A stretch of DNA of 64,000 nt from the NCBI GenBank assembly GCA_001244265.2, contig CDLV01000004.1, forward strand, positions 2,728,001-2,792,000. Reading direction: 5' to 3'. A program made the position numbers and the translations under genes. Positions within the stretch are counted from its first letter, which is position 1, and every line of letters begins with the position of its first letter. The notes beneath the pieces were generated by a model. The model was not told where the DNA came from. It saw only the letters and a program-made list of their open reading frames with translations, and made no database searches. This DNA comes from Microbotryum violaceum. Taxonomy: Eukaryota. Positions 1-19,303 of this stretch are shown one piece after another.

Positions 1-1704
1 CTCACAGACCACCACTCCTTGGCGGGCTTCATGAAGCAACCAAGCCTTTCACGACAACAAGCTCGATGGACCGAACGACTGGCCGATTACGACTTCGAGA
101 TTGTATATGTACGAGGTCCAGAGAACACAGTGGCTGATGCATTGAGTCGTTACTCTTTCCCGGAGGAACCCACAGCCGGGCGCCAGGCGAGCGACAATGT
201 CAACGTGCTGGCGGAGGCAACTCTCGATCCGGCCTTCCTTTGCAAACTCAGGGACGGTTACCGCAAGGACCCGCAATGTCAACAAGCTATCAAGAACATT
301 GACTCAACACCAGGCTACTCAGTCGACAATGGAATCGCACGGTTCGAAGGACGGATCCTCCTGCCAAAGACGGGGAACTTTCGGGAGGACGCGCTACATG
401 ACGCGCATGATGCCGCAGGCCATTTTGGACTACACAAGACGTATGAACACCTACGCCGCAACTTTATCTGGTCGGGAATGAAGGATGCATGCAAAGATTA
501 CGTTGAGTCCTGTGCTGCTTGTCAGACAATGAAGATGCATGGCACCGGTTTTGCCGGTCGGATCCACAATTTGAATGTGCCTGACCGGCCAATGCGGGAA
601 GTTGGCCTAGACTTTGTCGGGCCACTTGTACCTAGCAATGGTAATGACGCACTGCTTACGGTAACAGATCGCCTTTCAGGCTACGTTCGCCTCATCCCCT
701 GCCGCACGACGGACGACGCGACTACCACGGCGGACCGGTTCTTTGAGGGGTGGCATCGACACTTCGGCATGCCACGAGTGCTGGTCTCCGACCGCGACAA
801 GCTCTTCACAAGCGAGTTCTGGCGAGCGTACATGGGCCAGCTGGGAACGAAACTGGCAACATCGACGTCTTTCCACCCACAAACGGATGGCCGAAGCGAG
901 CGAACAAATCGGACCGTGATCCAAGTCCTGCGAACAATGGTCAACCGACGGCAAAATGACTGGTCAAAGCACTTGGCTACGGTGGAGTTTGTGATCAACT
1001 CCAGTATGAACAGGTCGACGGGGAAGACGCCATTTGAAGTGGTACTTGGGTTCACGCCGGAGCTGACACCAATCACCCCAGTGGAGGGCTCAACCACGTC
1101 ACAGGCAGTCAAATCCATCGTGGAACAACGTGAAGCAGCGGTTGCGGAAGCCCGAGACAATTTGGCAATTGCAAAGATCCGACAGGCCAACCAGAGCAAC
1201 AAGGCGAGGAAACCGGAGCCCGGGTTTGCAGTTGGCGACATGGTCTTAGTCGACTCGTGGGATCGACGACTGCGGTACAAGGCCGATGGGGAAGCACGGT
1301 CAGCCAAACTCTTTCCCCGGTTTGACGGCCCCTACGAAGTCCTAGCAGCACGACCCGAAACCTCAAATTACAAGCTGAAGCTCAAGGCGGGGGACAAGTC
1401 GCACAACGTCTTCCACGCCTCCAAGCTCCGACGCTGGGTAAAGAACAATGGGGTGGTGTTCCCAGGACGAGAGGCAACGGAACCAGCGGCCATTATCGTC
1501 CAAGGAAACGAGGAGTGGGAGGTAGAACGGATTGTGGACGAAAAGGGGAAGGGGTCAAGGAAGAGGTTCTTGGTGAAATGGAAGGGGTGGGCAGACAGCG
1601 ACAACACATGGGAGCCATGCTCACACCTGGAAGACACCACAGCGTTGGAAGAGTGGGAGAGTGGGAAGGCAGGGGGAGGACAAGGCAAGGAGGGGAGGGT
1701 GTAA
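1..1704 (+). CDS. Ty3/Gypsy chromovirus pol, 3' part (RNase H tail, integrase Zn finger and core, chromodomain); 5' end lies outside the window
   Basis: Motifs RQQARW..L..YDFEIVY..G..N.VADALSR, HDAHD..GHFG..CxxC, LDFVGPL / [10 protein letters not shown] / [15 protein letters not shown], and chromodomain [17 protein letters not shown]....TWEP. Confidence 0.95.
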   Translation, partial: LTDHHSLAGFMKQPSLSRQQARWTERLADYDFEIVYVRGPENTVADALSRYSFPEEPTAGRQASDNVNVLAEATLDPAFLCKLRDGYRKDPQCQQAIKNIDSTPGYSVDNGIARFEGRILLPKTGNFREDALHDAHDAAGHFGLHKTYEHLRRNFIWSGMKDACKDYVESCAACQTMKMHGTGFAGRIHNLNVPDRPMREVGLDFVGPLVPSNGNDALLTVTDRLSGYVRLIPCRTTDDATTTADRFFEGWHRHFGMPRVLVSDRDKLFTSEFWRAYMGQLGTKLATSTSFHPQTDGRSERTNRTVIQVLRTMVNRRQNDWSKHLATVEFVINSSMNRSTGKTPFEVVLGFTPELTPITPVEGSTTSQAVKSIVEQREAAVAEARDNLAIAKIRQANQSNKARKPEPGFAVGDMVLVDSWDRRLRYKADGEARSAKLFPRFDGPYEVLAARPETSNYKLKLKAGDKSHNVFHASKLRRWVKNNGVVFPGREATEPAAIIVQGNEEWEVERIVDEKGKGSRKRFLVKWKGWADSDNTWEPCSHLEDTTALEEWESGKAGGGQGKEGRV

Positions 1705-2052
1705 GGAGGGAGGGGAGTTTGGTTTAGGTGGTGGAGAGTGTAAGGCCCGTGCGCCTGGGCCTTAGGAAGAGGGGACGCGCGCCTGGGCACTCTTAGTCTC
1801 TCTCCAGCGACTGATACGAGTGTCCAGGTGAGCACAAGGTGGATCAGAAGACATTGTCATACCAGCGACTGATACGAGTGTCCAGTGTCAATTCTACATA
1901 CTTTGGTCCTGTGAAAAAAAAAAAAAAAAAAAAGGTGTAAGGCTCGGTTGCCTTACGCTATTTAACTACCCTTCTGATTTCAATATGCATTTATTGAAAT
2001 TGTCAGTCTTTTGGACTGTGTAACCTAGGTGTGAAGGGCCTGGGGTATTACA
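1700..2052 (+). mobile_element. 3' LTR of the Gypsy element (boundaries inferred)
   Basis: A polypurine tract (aaggaggggaggg) directly precedes TGTAA at 1700 and the unit ends TTACA at 2052, after which Copia-B coding sequence starts. Contains a 24-bp direct repeat (1804-1827/1862-1885) and an A20 tract (1914-1933). Confidence 0.65.
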
Positions 2053-2342
2053 GGTTCCTTCTGCTCCGGCCGACGTTGATTGTGATCCGGAACACTTTGC
2101 AGTTGAGGAGATCTTCGAATACGACCTCATCCCTCAACTTCGTGACATTCGAATTGATCCTGCGCATCTTCCAGTGCAGGACGGTCCTCTTGCGCCGGCT
2201 CCCAGGCGCGCTCCCGATGATCCGGCTCAGCCTCAGGCTCCCTCTGACGCTGCGGAATTGGTCCAAGACAACGTCGACGATGATGATGTGATCATTATCG
2301 ATGAGCCAGTACGTGCAGAATCTCTTCCTCCGCCTGAAGACG

Positions 2343-7011
<4,669 letters not shown>

Positions 7012-7320
7012 AGACGAGCTCGAGTATCTTGTCCCTCAAGTTCCGAACGATGGCTACGAGTATTGTGCATACAACATTGGTCGCAATCATGGTCGATTTG
7101 AGGACGTAAATGAAGAAAACATCCTTCCTCCTGACTCTCGACGCGTTGCAGCTCGTCTTGCAGTGGGGTCCGGCAAGGCTTTCTCCGATCCACCCGAACT
7201 CATCGCATCTGTCTCTCCTAATCACGCTCCACTCCCTCGATCTTACTCCGAGGCTATGGCTTCTATCCATGCTAAAGAATGGCAAGCGGCTACCGATAAG
7301 GAGATCGCCAATTTCATTTC

Positions 7321-8242
7321 TTCGACTCTTCTGACCACTCGCGCAAGTTGTAGCGGAATAGTGGTTCGAGTTGCAGCAAGACGAAGGACAAAGTTGGTGT
7401 AGGAGTTGTTAAAAAAATACCTCAAGCGGTGAAAACCCAGCCTTCTGGGGAAAACCGCAAGAAATTGATCTAAACGGAGGAGAGTCCGAACTCTTGGTGA
7501 TACACAGGGATAGTGGGCGGGATGACAATTGGGAGCTTTGCGACCCAAGCTTCTGGGTGTCAGTCGGCTGCAACTGATGATGGAGCAAGTCCACTGATCG
7601 TCTCAGCATACCTTTGCCACAAAGGCAAGACACTGTATAAAGACAGTTGTGGCGCGGTTGGTGCAAAGGACGGCAAAGGGTCTCCTGAGAGATATGCGAT
7701 TTAGCTCGTTGCCCAACAAGGACTCGGAGCAGAATGGCCCCACAAAGAATTTGCAGGGATCCAAGTGCAAAGTACACTGTGCAACAAGCTTGGGTGTATC
7801 AAAGCACTTACCCCGAGCTACTCTAAGTGAGCCACGTCGAGGGTTTCATACCGAGCTGCTAGCAGCTGTGAACGTCCGGCAAGATGGAACTCTCGATCAG
7901 CGACCTCGTCAGCTGGGAGGTAGTCTTGGGAGTGAGGAACGCACCTGTCCCTACAGGTGGTGAACGCAGCCATAGAAGCTGGTAAGGAAACGTCGACACG
8001 CAGTTTAGGCCCGAAAGGGAACGTGCGTTGCGAGTACCGCCCGTGAGCTCGCGTGTGGGAAGCACAGCTATAGCATCCACTGGGGGAAAGGTCGACAACG
8101 CAGTGAAGGCCCAAAAGGGAACGTGCGTTGCAAGTACCGCCCGTGAGCCCGCGTGTGTGGGAAGCACAGCTATAGCATCCACGGGGGAGAGAGGGTCCGT
8201 GCGCGCGAGCCTGAATCGGCGCGTCAAATCCCCGAAAAGACC
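7321..8242. mobile_element. Unclassified non-coding insertion without an evident TSD, ending ..CGTCAAA..GAAAAGACC
   Basis: Interrupts a single codon of Copia-B (att tc|a atg). Has an internal ~99-bp tandem duplication (7992-8186). Its right terminus is shared with 26830-27945. Confidence 0.7.
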
Positions 8243-8243
8243 A

Positions 8244-9716
8244 ATGGGTGTTCTTAAGGTGGCGGCTCTCCCTCCTGGTGCTCGTGCGCTTGGAACCAAG
8301 TGGGTCTACACGTACAAGGAGGATGTATCTGGCGTGATCATTGGCTGGAAAGCTAGACTTGTCGTTCAAGGCTTTGGTCAACGCAAGGACATTGATTACT
8401 TTGACATCTTTGCTCCTGTCTCGTCGATCTCGACGATCTTATTCATGGTCGCTGTCTCTTCGGCTCTCGGATTGCATCTCGAGCAATTCGACTACGAGTC
8501 GACTTTCCTCAACGGCGTCACGACTGAGGATGTTTACATCAAGACTCCTCAAGGTTGGCCCGTACCAGTTTCTTCTGGCGCTCTCAAGCTCTTGAAGTCG
8601 ATGTACGGAACCAAGCAGGCACCTCGACAGTGGAACGAAGCGCTGAATTCGCTGATGAACTCGCGCGGCTGTACTCGCTCCAAGGATGATGCTTGCCTCT
8701 ATTTAAAGTTCTCTGGCAAGTCTTTCATCTTCATCTCTATCTACGTGGATGATGGACTCGCTGCGTCAAACGATCAAAACTTCCTCAACTCAGAGATTGA
8801 TGCGTTCCATGCGGTCTACAAGCTCAAGCGTCTTGGTCCTGCCAAGATGTTCCTCGGTCTGGAGATAGCTCGTTCAGAGCACTACATCTTCGTTCACCAG
8901 TCGAAGTATATTCGTGGGCTTCTTGAGACGTACGTGTTCACAACTACGTCCAAACGCGGTGTACAGATGCCTATGGAGGACAAAGACCAGAAGACTTCTT
9001 CACTCCCATTCGACGATATTACTCTCTATCAGTCGGCTGTGGGAGCTCTTCAATACGCGGCTCAACGCACTCGTCCTGATATCGCCAACGCTGTGCATGC
9101 AGTGGCGAAGCGTGTCGCGGCTCCTTGCGAAGGTGATTGGATCGCTGTCAAGCGACTCTTCCGTTACCTTGCCTCCTCGATCGATTACGGACTTCTGTAC
9201 GTATCCTCGAGCTCTACTACCTTTGAGGTTTACTCCGATGCCTTGTGGGCCGACGACTGGGAAAACGCCAAGTCTGTGGGAGCCTACGCCGTCATTCTTG
9301 CTGGTGCTGTAATCAGCTGGCAATCGAAACAACAATCGATCGTCGCGACTTTGACTACCAAGGCCGACACTCTCGCAGCTTCTGCTGCGGCTAAGGAGGC
9401 CGTTGGGCTCCGTCGATTGGCTGCGGAATTTCGCATCCCTCAAGGTTCTGCTACTTTGATCCATGAGGACAACAAGGCGTGCATCTCTATCGCACGCAAT
9501 CCTTCTCATCGTGGTCGTACCAAGCATTGGAACGTCCATCACTTCTACATTTGCAAAAGGATTGAGGTCGGCAATATTCTACTCAAGTAATGTCCGACAG
9601 ATCTCTACACGGCCGACGTCCTCACCAAGGCTTTACCCAGAGCAAAATTTCTCAAGCATCGCGATGGACTTGGTATGGTGTCTCTAGTTTCCTTAGCATG
9701 TGGGAGTGTCGTATGA
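8244..9716 (+). pseudogene. Copia-B reverse transcriptase / RNase H
   Basis: [38 protein letters not shown]. In-frame TAA at 9588-9590 before the ADVLTK motif. Confidence 0.92.
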
Positions 9717-10260
9717 GTGATGCAGGCGGAAGCTAGGTGCGCGGGTGCTTAGGCTGGAGTGTGGGCGCACAGCTGAGGATTGGCTGAGGCCAGGTGGATG
9801 GCTGGATTAGGAAGGAGGTTCGCCCAGCGACAGAGGCTGTTCTTAGCTGCATCTTGGGGCTACTCTCTTGTTCTTTTCCTCCTCACTTGATCTTACAACT
9901 TTGTGGTCCTGACTTTGGCGTGTTATCACAACGCATCTCTGCGCCGCTTAGGTTAGTTGTTCATTGGAATCTCATTATCACTTAATCTTACAACTTCGTG
10001 GTCCTGACTTTGGCGTGTTATCACAACGCATCTCTGCGCCGCTTAGGAGCGCGAGACTATCAAATTCACAACATTTGCGATTGGGCTCAAGTTTGCCGGC
10101 ACAGCAGCCGCGCAGGCCCACGGGACGTTAATTCACTACCTGTACCGTCTTGCGCCCCCTACGTGTTGAGCACCGTCGAATGAGGGTGTCACGTACGGCA
10201 CGCACCTTGTGTTGTGGGAAATTAGTGGGGTCTGCGTTCCAGAGGGACTTATGGTCTTAG

Positions 10261-10791
10261 TGGAAGCACCGCGTGCAGCTGTGCTCCAAGAACGATAGAC
10301 AGGATCAAACAGTTGTAGTTCAAGTCTAGAACCTTGAGGCAGTCAGCTACAATACTAAACATAGGGGACTGGTGCACTCACCTAGAACCTCGAGGCAGTC
10401 AGCTGGCGAAAGCCAAGAGAGGTTCTAGGCGCGCGCAAGCTATCCAACTAAGCCCCAAAATTCCATCACCTTCTTCCGGCTCCCGGGCAAAAGGCCTCGG
10501 CCTTGCACTCTCCCCCTCCTGAATCAAACCCTCCCCTCCGTCCTCTTCTTCAGCTCCCAACACCGAAGCACCTCTGTCCCCTCCAAGTGCTCGCGCGGCT
10601 CCAAGGTGGCTTCGTGGTGCGGATATCCTTCCCACCACACACGAAAGCGCTTCTTTCCCCTTGTGGTGTCCTCCAGGACCTCTCGCACAACCCATTCTTC
10701 CTGCGCATCAACTATAACCGGCGTTGGTCTAGGTTGTTCTCGGCTTGGGAAATAGCTTTGGTCGTTGGCTCGGTAAGGACGAAGTTTGCTC
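10261..10791 (-). mobile_element. 3' end of a second Gypsy chromovirus: integrase tail and chromodomain (10524-10791), PPT (10508-10520), 3' LTR (10261-10507)
   Basis: Minus strand [40 protein letters not shown], then aggagggggagag, then TGCAAG..CTTCCA. The upstream HPTFHV lies at 14325-14346. Confidence 0.85.
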
Positions 10792-12445
<1,654 letters not shown>

Positions 12446-12452
12446 TTGCTCA

Positions 12453-14324
12453 TTTTTTATTTTTTTTGTAGAACTTGCTCATCATATTGCCCCCAATTCC
12501 TGTTCCCCTGATTGGCCTACGGAAAAACTAGATGGAAGTCGACGATGATAACACAAACCGCCCGCAAGATGCGAGAAACGGGCCGGTGTCCACCAATCCG
12601 ATACTTGGGATTCAAGTGCCCCAGCCGAGCGGTTGCTCCCCCCAGGAGACGAATGAGAGAGAGAAGGAGAGAGAAAGAGTAACAAAACGATTTACTAACG
12701 ACAAGAGGCCCACCCCAACTCGGTCGAGACAAAAACAGGAGAGCGACTGCGCAGCTACCCTGACCGCGAAGTCCCAAGTCTATGCTCGGTCACAACAAGA
12801 CGCGGTGGAGGCCCCTCAAAACCTCCACCTCAGCAGTCCCTGGCCCCTCAAGCCGACTTTCTGCCTGTGTCTGCTGATCCCTCCCTTGACTCAGAACCCC
12901 GAAGACAAAGAGCGCGAACCACCGTCGAGTCAATCCCAAATCGCGAGCCGGTCCATGAGCAACGAAGGCAGACCTGTAATAGATGAAAGATGAAAGCAAG
13001 ATATTTGGTATACAGTGTTTTGTTGGAAGATGAAGCGTGATGGTGTGTGTGTGTGGGGTGTGGTGGGGAGGAAATCGAACCCAGCCTCTACTGCCCTCGC
13101 CCGCCCTTGCTCCTCCCGCCCTCAACTTCATCCTCTCCTCCAGTACCACCCTCCTCCTCTCCACGCTTTCCATCCTCGTCCCGTGCTTCTGCATCCTCCA
13201 TCTCCCACTGCTGATCATCTCCAAAACCATCCCTGTGAAGATCTCGAACGTCCTGCCCGCCCCTTCCTGTTCGCTGAGCTTGGCCTTGAGCTTGGGGAGG
13301 CCAAAAAGCCGTTGCAGTGTCGTGTACTGGTCGTCCTCGATCGTGTCGCACCCGAGTGCGTCGCAGAGCACGCCCCTTGCCGCAATCCAGACGTTCCGCG
13401 AGTCAACGCAGCCGAAAAAATAGTGGTCGGTGTCGTCCACCGGCGCTTCGCAGACGAGGCACGCGGCAGAAGTGTTGTGATTTTGTTGGTGTTGCAGCTT
13501 GCGCGTCGGGGTGAAGGGAGAATCAGCTTGAACCAAACTTCCCTCTCCCTCGCCGTCAGTGCCTTCGAGTTGACCGCCTTCCGGAAGCTCCTGAGGTCGT
13601 CCGGCTGCGGTGGTCCCTTGAGCCCGAGCGTGTTGGTAAAGGCCTTCGCGTTCAGGACCCGGCGGATGCGACGGATGGTGTACGGTCGAGCCATGTTCAG
13701 CAGCTTGTACTGGCTCGCCTGCTGTGGAAGAACCGGGTCCGGAAGGCGCTGCTCCATTGCGAAGCGGGCCACGGGCTTGGGGAGAATCGCCTCGAGCGGT
13801 GCGCTGGTGCCAATCCGGGGGGCACGTTGAGCCGTCCTGCCGCCACCGCCACCGCCAAGGGCGTGTTCTTGTGTCGATCGACAGTGAACCGGTACCAGGC
13901 CGCGATTGCCAGTCGCTGCGGGAGCCCGCGTCGATCGTACTCGCTGTTGTCGCCGAGCACATCCGCCGGCGGCGTCCAAAGGTGAAACCCCCCACCCGCA
14001 TACAACTCGCGCCGGTAGAGATCCGCCACCTTCGGGTAGCCCTGGAGACGAAGGTAGTCAGGTATATGAACCGCGTCGATGGTCTGTCTCCCTCTGATGG
14101 GGGTGTGGAGGCTGCCGAGCAAGGTGGGAAGCGCGAGCAGGTTCGCGGTGGTCAAGGTCCTCGGGTTGACCTGCGCGTCTTGCTGTTTCGGAACCCCCAA
14201 TGCTGCTTGCCATCGGGGATGGAGGTCGCTGGGGATGGGAGTGGATGGATGTGGCCAGAGATCGGTGGCCAGGTCGAGGTCAGACTGAGCTCGCTGGAGT
14301 GCCGCGCGCGCACGTCCTTGCCAG
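12453..14324 (-). mobile_element. 5'-truncated L1/Tx1-type LINE (LINE-b), frameshifted ORF2 C-terminus
   Basis: Zinc finger CLVC..DDTDHYFFGC..S..VW. A-rich tail at 12453-12467. Abuts host Gypsy sequence on both sides. Confidence 0.82.
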
Positions 14325-14869
14325 ACGTGGAATGTAGGATGCAATCTGTTGAAAGAGGATTCGGCGCATGCATCTCTTGAAGGTGCCTTCACTTTTGGTG
14401 TACTGGTTAAGGCGACCAGGATGGTTTTGCAACACTCATGTTGACCTCGCATTTGCAGAAGGCAGAGACGCAGTAGACCGGGTCGAGATCGCAACTCTGC
14501 ATCTTCGACTAAGGCCTAAGAGGCAACAAACGACCAAATTAGAAGCGGCATAGACAGCCGTCATGACACCTAAAAACCCACTCACTTGGGGGCAACACAA
14601 CATGTGGGGGGAAGCAGAGATGCCCATGCCGGCCAGTATGCTGGAGGCGGCATTGTTGGGCTTGCATGGGCGGATTGCCTTTCCCCGCAGAACAGATCAC
14701 GAGTCGATCAGTATCGATGTGGCGTTCAGCCTCGCCGTCGACGAGATGTCTGCAAAGTTGAGCTGACCTGTTGGGGGCTGCTCAAACTCGCTCGCATGTT
14801 GGTGTGAGCAACCTCATCCGCCGCTCCGCCAATCTGTTTGAGGCACGCATGTAAATTCAACTGATACCC

Positions 14870-16290
14870 CCAAGAGTCTCTGGACAAAATAGTCTGTCAA
14901 AACTTGCCATCGAATCCTCATCGCTGAGGTCCGGAAAGCGCAGATCTTGGACGCTGATTCGGGGGACCTTGGTCCTTCGTTCCGGCCTCTGACGCGGGTT
15001 GGGCTGGTTGATCGCGAGGGATGTCGATTTGCCAGTCCAAGTCGTTATCATGGTCAGTTATCACCGTCCTTGGCCAGTCAATACGGCAACATACCAGAAG
15101 GAGATGGTTGTCCAGTTCGGCCGTCCTCTGCCTCTTCGAAGTCGACTGTGCGGTGGGGTCACTGCGGAGCAGTCAGGAAGGTGGAAGTGCATGAGCAGAG
15201 TATCCATCGGTCAGCCCTCTGTGACGCTTGGCTTGCACAAGTGCATCGTCTTTACCATCTTGGACGGTTTCTACAAATAGTCGCTCTCCTTCTCGGCGCC
15301 TCTTGCATCCCATCCCAACTGCATGCCGCGCGTCGTGTCGTCAGTTCGGGTATAGGAGCATCGTTCTGGTCATACGGTCGACACTCACGAGAGTTCTCAC
15401 ATTCGTATTTGTCCTCTTTGTAGGTAGTTGTTCTCTTCGTCTTCCTTGTCGCTGGGGGTGGTGGTGAGGGCATCGAAGCGGTGGTCTGCCTCACCGCTGA
15501 TGATGGACGCGTAGAGCGAAATGTCGTCCTTGGCAACAGCCACCACTTGACTCGACTTCGACTGTGCCCATCAACGAGTCGGGCAGCACGTCAGCCCGAA
15601 CGTAGATCAGACATCAACGCAAAGCGTCCGAGTTCCGGCCCGTAGTATGATTGACGTACCTTCCCAGGCTCCCCAGGCTTGACCGGCTCGATAGGTTTGG
15701 CAAGTGAGAGGCCGTCGCGGCGGCGGCCTGGCTGGGCTTGGCCTTGTTTGAGGGGGCTCGCTGGTGAGCCTTCGCAGGGACTCTTTCTTTGCCCGCCGAA
15801 AGGTCGGGTTTGGTGTCGACAAGGTTGTTGGTGATGTCGCTGAGAGTGGTGACTGTGCGAGGAGTGCGGGAGGCGGAGGACATCGGGGGTGCACCACCTT
15901 CATCGCGCCGGACCGATGACGCTCGTGCGCTGGAGGGGAGGACGACGTGTCACTGCAAGTCCGGTCCGGTCAGTTCGAGCACTTCTTGCGGAAAGGGGGC
16001 GACTTGAGCTGGGAGCAGACGAATTGTGCTGAGACCAGGTGAGGTGGGCTTACCATGGTGTTGGAAGAAGCACTGCGATGTCACCAAGCACGGGGACTCT
16101 CGCACGGTGTCTGGCCGAAGCGGCATGCTTGAGTGCATGGCTTTTGTGCATGCGTCTCGAGACACAATATATTCGTATCCGATAATGGATCGAACGGAAG
16201 AACCGTGAATGAGGAACTCTGTACGAATGCAACCAAGCGTAAGTCTCCGGCGGAAATCGGCCCTGCCGCAACCAGCAGCCACACTTACCT
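14870..16290 (-). pseudogene. Degenerate intron-containing gene of unknown function inside the TE stack
   Basis: Collinear minus-strand coding-like segments (15950-16282, 15614-15883, 15252-15536, 14857-15051) with GT..AG-like breaks and in-frame stops. No recognised motif. Confidence 0.35.
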
Positions 16291-16380
16291 GTAGCGGTCG
16301 ATCAAGGACTCAAACACTAACCCTTTCGAAGTATGGCATCTTCTTCTGTTTCCAAGCGCCTGGGCAAGCGGTGTGGGACA

Positions 16381-19130
16381 TGTGCAATAACAGACTGACG
16401 AGCGTGTAATCCAACCGTCAGTTAATTGCATATGATAGTAGCCGTAGTGCTAGATGTACGTACCTGACGAGCGTGTAATCCAACCGTGGAGAGAAGACAA
16501 CGGTTGGTGCGCATCGCCAGGCTTCACTAAACAAACGCGCGCTTCTAATCAAATAACCGAAAGCCGCCTTCCTGCTAATCCTCATTCACAACACGCCAAC
16601 TCGCCCCTTCACGCGATGAATCTATAAGCCCCATCGCGTGTACAAACTGATAGTGCTTCTGTGTCCCGAGCCCCTTGGTGAGGACGTCCGCAGCCATGGT
16701 GCCCGTGGGCACCCAGACCATCTCGATCGTGCCTTCCGCGATGTGGTCCCGGATGAAGTGAAAGTGGATGCCAATATGTTTGGTACGAGCATGGAAAGCC
16801 GGGTGCTTGGCCAGAGTGATGGCGGACTGGTTGTCACCCCGCAAACGAGTCGGAGCGGTCTGCTCGAAGCCAAGATCCGCAAGCAAACGACGTAACCAAA
16901 TCCCCTCGCGAGCGGCGTATGACATGGCCACATACTCGGCCTCGGTACTGGAGAGGGTGACGAGAGTCTGTCGCTTGGCGACCCAAGAGATAGCCCCACC
17001 AGCGCACATGAACACGTAGCCCGAGACGCTCCGGCGAGTGACCGGGTCGGCGCCATGATCAGCATCGACGAATCCCTCCAAGATTGCCGACATAGGCTGG
17101 AAGGACTTCTGATAGCGGATGCCAAAATTGCGGGTACCGACAAGGTAGCGCAGGATGTGTTTGAGCGCCTCCCAATGCTCCGCCGTGAAGTCGTTGCAGA
17201 AACGAGCAGCCTTTGAAACGGCGAACGCGATGTCGGGTCGGGTGGTGCCAGAGAGGTATAAGAGCTTGCCTACAATGGCGCGATAGGGGATCGAGGCAGT
17301 ATCAAAACCGGAGTCAGCGCGATTCCTCAGAGTCGACGGAGCCGCGAGAGGCGTGGGGCGGGGGGAGGCATTGGCCATGTGGTGTTCCTCGAGGATGGCA
17401 TCGACGAAATGTCCCTGGTTGACAATCGCAGCACCCGTCTTGCCCTCACGACGGATGCTCTGGCCGAGGAAGAAGGAAGCCTCGTCGGTGCTGCGAGCTT
17501 CGAACCGAGCCTTGAGCTGACAGAGCACGCCGTCGAGATCCCCGTCACCCGTGAGCAGACCGTCGTCGACATGAATGGAGAGGAAAGACCGTCGATCCCC
17601 CTCTTTGCGAACGAAAACGGCATGGTCACTGTCGGTGCGGGTGAAGCCAATGGACAGGATCCATTCAGTGAAGACCTTGTACCACTCGCGGCCCGCCTGA
17701 ACGAGGCCGTAGAGAGCGCGCTGCAAGCGCACGATATCGCCTCCGGGTAGTCGCATGTAGATCTCGGTCCCGCCGAGGTTACCGTTGAGGTACGCAGACG
17801 AGACGTCGAACTGGCGGGTCTCCCACTCGTTCTTGACGGCGAGGGCGAGTAACAGTCGATGAGAGGCGGCTCGACCTGTGGGCGAGAACGAATTGATGTG
17901 CACCCCCGACGTCTTTGCATGTCCCCGCGCGCAACAAGTCGAGCTTTGTACTTGACAATTTGACCCTCCGCATTGCGCTTGACGAGGAGCACCCACATGC
18001 TCCCGATGACAATGGCCCCGGGCGGGGGTCGAACCGGCTTGGAGAACGCGTTCTTAGCGGCGAGAGCTCCCTCCTCCACCGACATGGCGGCCAGCCAGTA
18101 ATCACGAAAGGGGCCAGCGAGGGCGGCCTGGACCGAAGGAGTGTCATCGCTGTCGATCTTGGCGAGGAGCGCAGAGACTTCCTCAAACGAGTACATCTGC
18201 GTGTCAGGGTCACCTTCGTCGAAGTCATCGAACTGGATGGCTGCGTGGTCGGCAAACTCCCAATGCTGTGCCGCGTGAGCAAATCCGAGGTAGTCAGGCG
18301 GACGGCGGGTCCGGGTGGAGCGATCACCATCGGGCGGTGCGTTTGCCGGGCCAGGGTTCGAAAATGCGAGGGCGGGCGGAACGGGTGGCGGAGCGGCGGC
18401 AGCGGGAGCCACGGCCGGCGCTTCGGCGACAGGGGCGCAGCGGCGGAACCGATGCCGAGCGGCGCGGGCGGGTAAGACAAACCGACCGCAACAGGGATGG
18501 CAGGCATGGCAGGGCTCACCGCAGGGGGAAGAAACGGTCCTCAAAGAACCTGGCCTGAGACGACTCAAAGACCTTGTTGCGAACCGGATCGAAGAAGCGC
18601 CAGGCCTTGGATCGCGAGGAGTAGCCAACAAAGTAGCAGAGGCGGGATCGCGGGCCAGCTTGTTGGGACGTTGCTCGGGGCAAGCGGCACGTGAGCGGCA
18701 CAGCCCCAGGTCTTGACACGGTCGAGGCGGGGGCGGCGGGTGTCCGTGACCGGGTCCGAGGGTTCGTGCAGCACAGAGTCTGGGGTGCGCTGCTGGAGCG
18801 GCGACGAGGGGAGCAGATTTATGACGTAGATCGCGGCGTGCGCCGCTTCATCCCAAAGTGCGGGAGGCAGTCCCGAGCGATGGAGCCAGGCGCGAACGGA
18901 GTTGAAGATCGTTCGCCAGCTGCGTTCCTGAACGCCCATCTGGCCGTGCTCGTACGCTGTGGAGAGCTCGTGGAAAATGCCCCGCGCGGCGAGCCAATCC
19001 CGGAGCCTGTGGTTCACAAACTCGCCCCCTCTGTCCGTGCGCAGCGTCGTGACGCCCTGGCCCCCATACTGGGTCTTCGACATCGCAACAAAATCCTGAA
19101 GGACGGCTGACGAGTCACTCTTGAGCCGGA
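16381..19130 (-). mobile_element. Copia-C: 5'-truncated, frameshifted Ty1/Copia (integrase core, RT, RNase H); putative 3' LTR 16381-16593
   Basis: [59 protein letters not shown]. The LTR has an internal 24-bp repeat (16395-16418/16464-16487). Confidence 0.9.
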
Positions 19131-19239
19131 TGCTGCGAGAAGTAGAAGTCAATGTGACCGTGCACCAGTCCGCCCGCCATGGCTCCCAATGTGTGGTAGA
19201 ACCACCGCCGGTGTGACTTGGGTGCACCGTCATATTCAT

Positions 19240-19303
19240 CTATCAGCGGTCAGAGCAACTCTGATTAATAGAGTGGACCTGAGTTCAATTCTCAGTTCAG
19301 CCA
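19240..19303 (+). pseudogene. 5'-damaged tRNA-like remnant
   Basis: Anticodon-arm stem ACTCT/AGAGT, T arm CTGAG-TTCAATT-CTCAG (B box), 3' acceptor strand TTCAGCCA, then a T-rich run. The 5' acceptor strand is missing and the anticodon loop is non-canonical. Confidence 0.4.

Noticed and set aside
7321-8242. Helitron or solo LTR
   Set aside because: No TC..CTRR ends at an A|T target, no TG..CA termini and no TSD.
12790-14001. 403-aa ORF and overlapping long ORFs as independent genes
   Set aside because: They are alternative frames of a frameshifted, GC-rich LINE ORF2.
17327-18631. 434-aa ORF as a novel gene
   Set aside because: It is a frameshifted portion of Copia-C pol.
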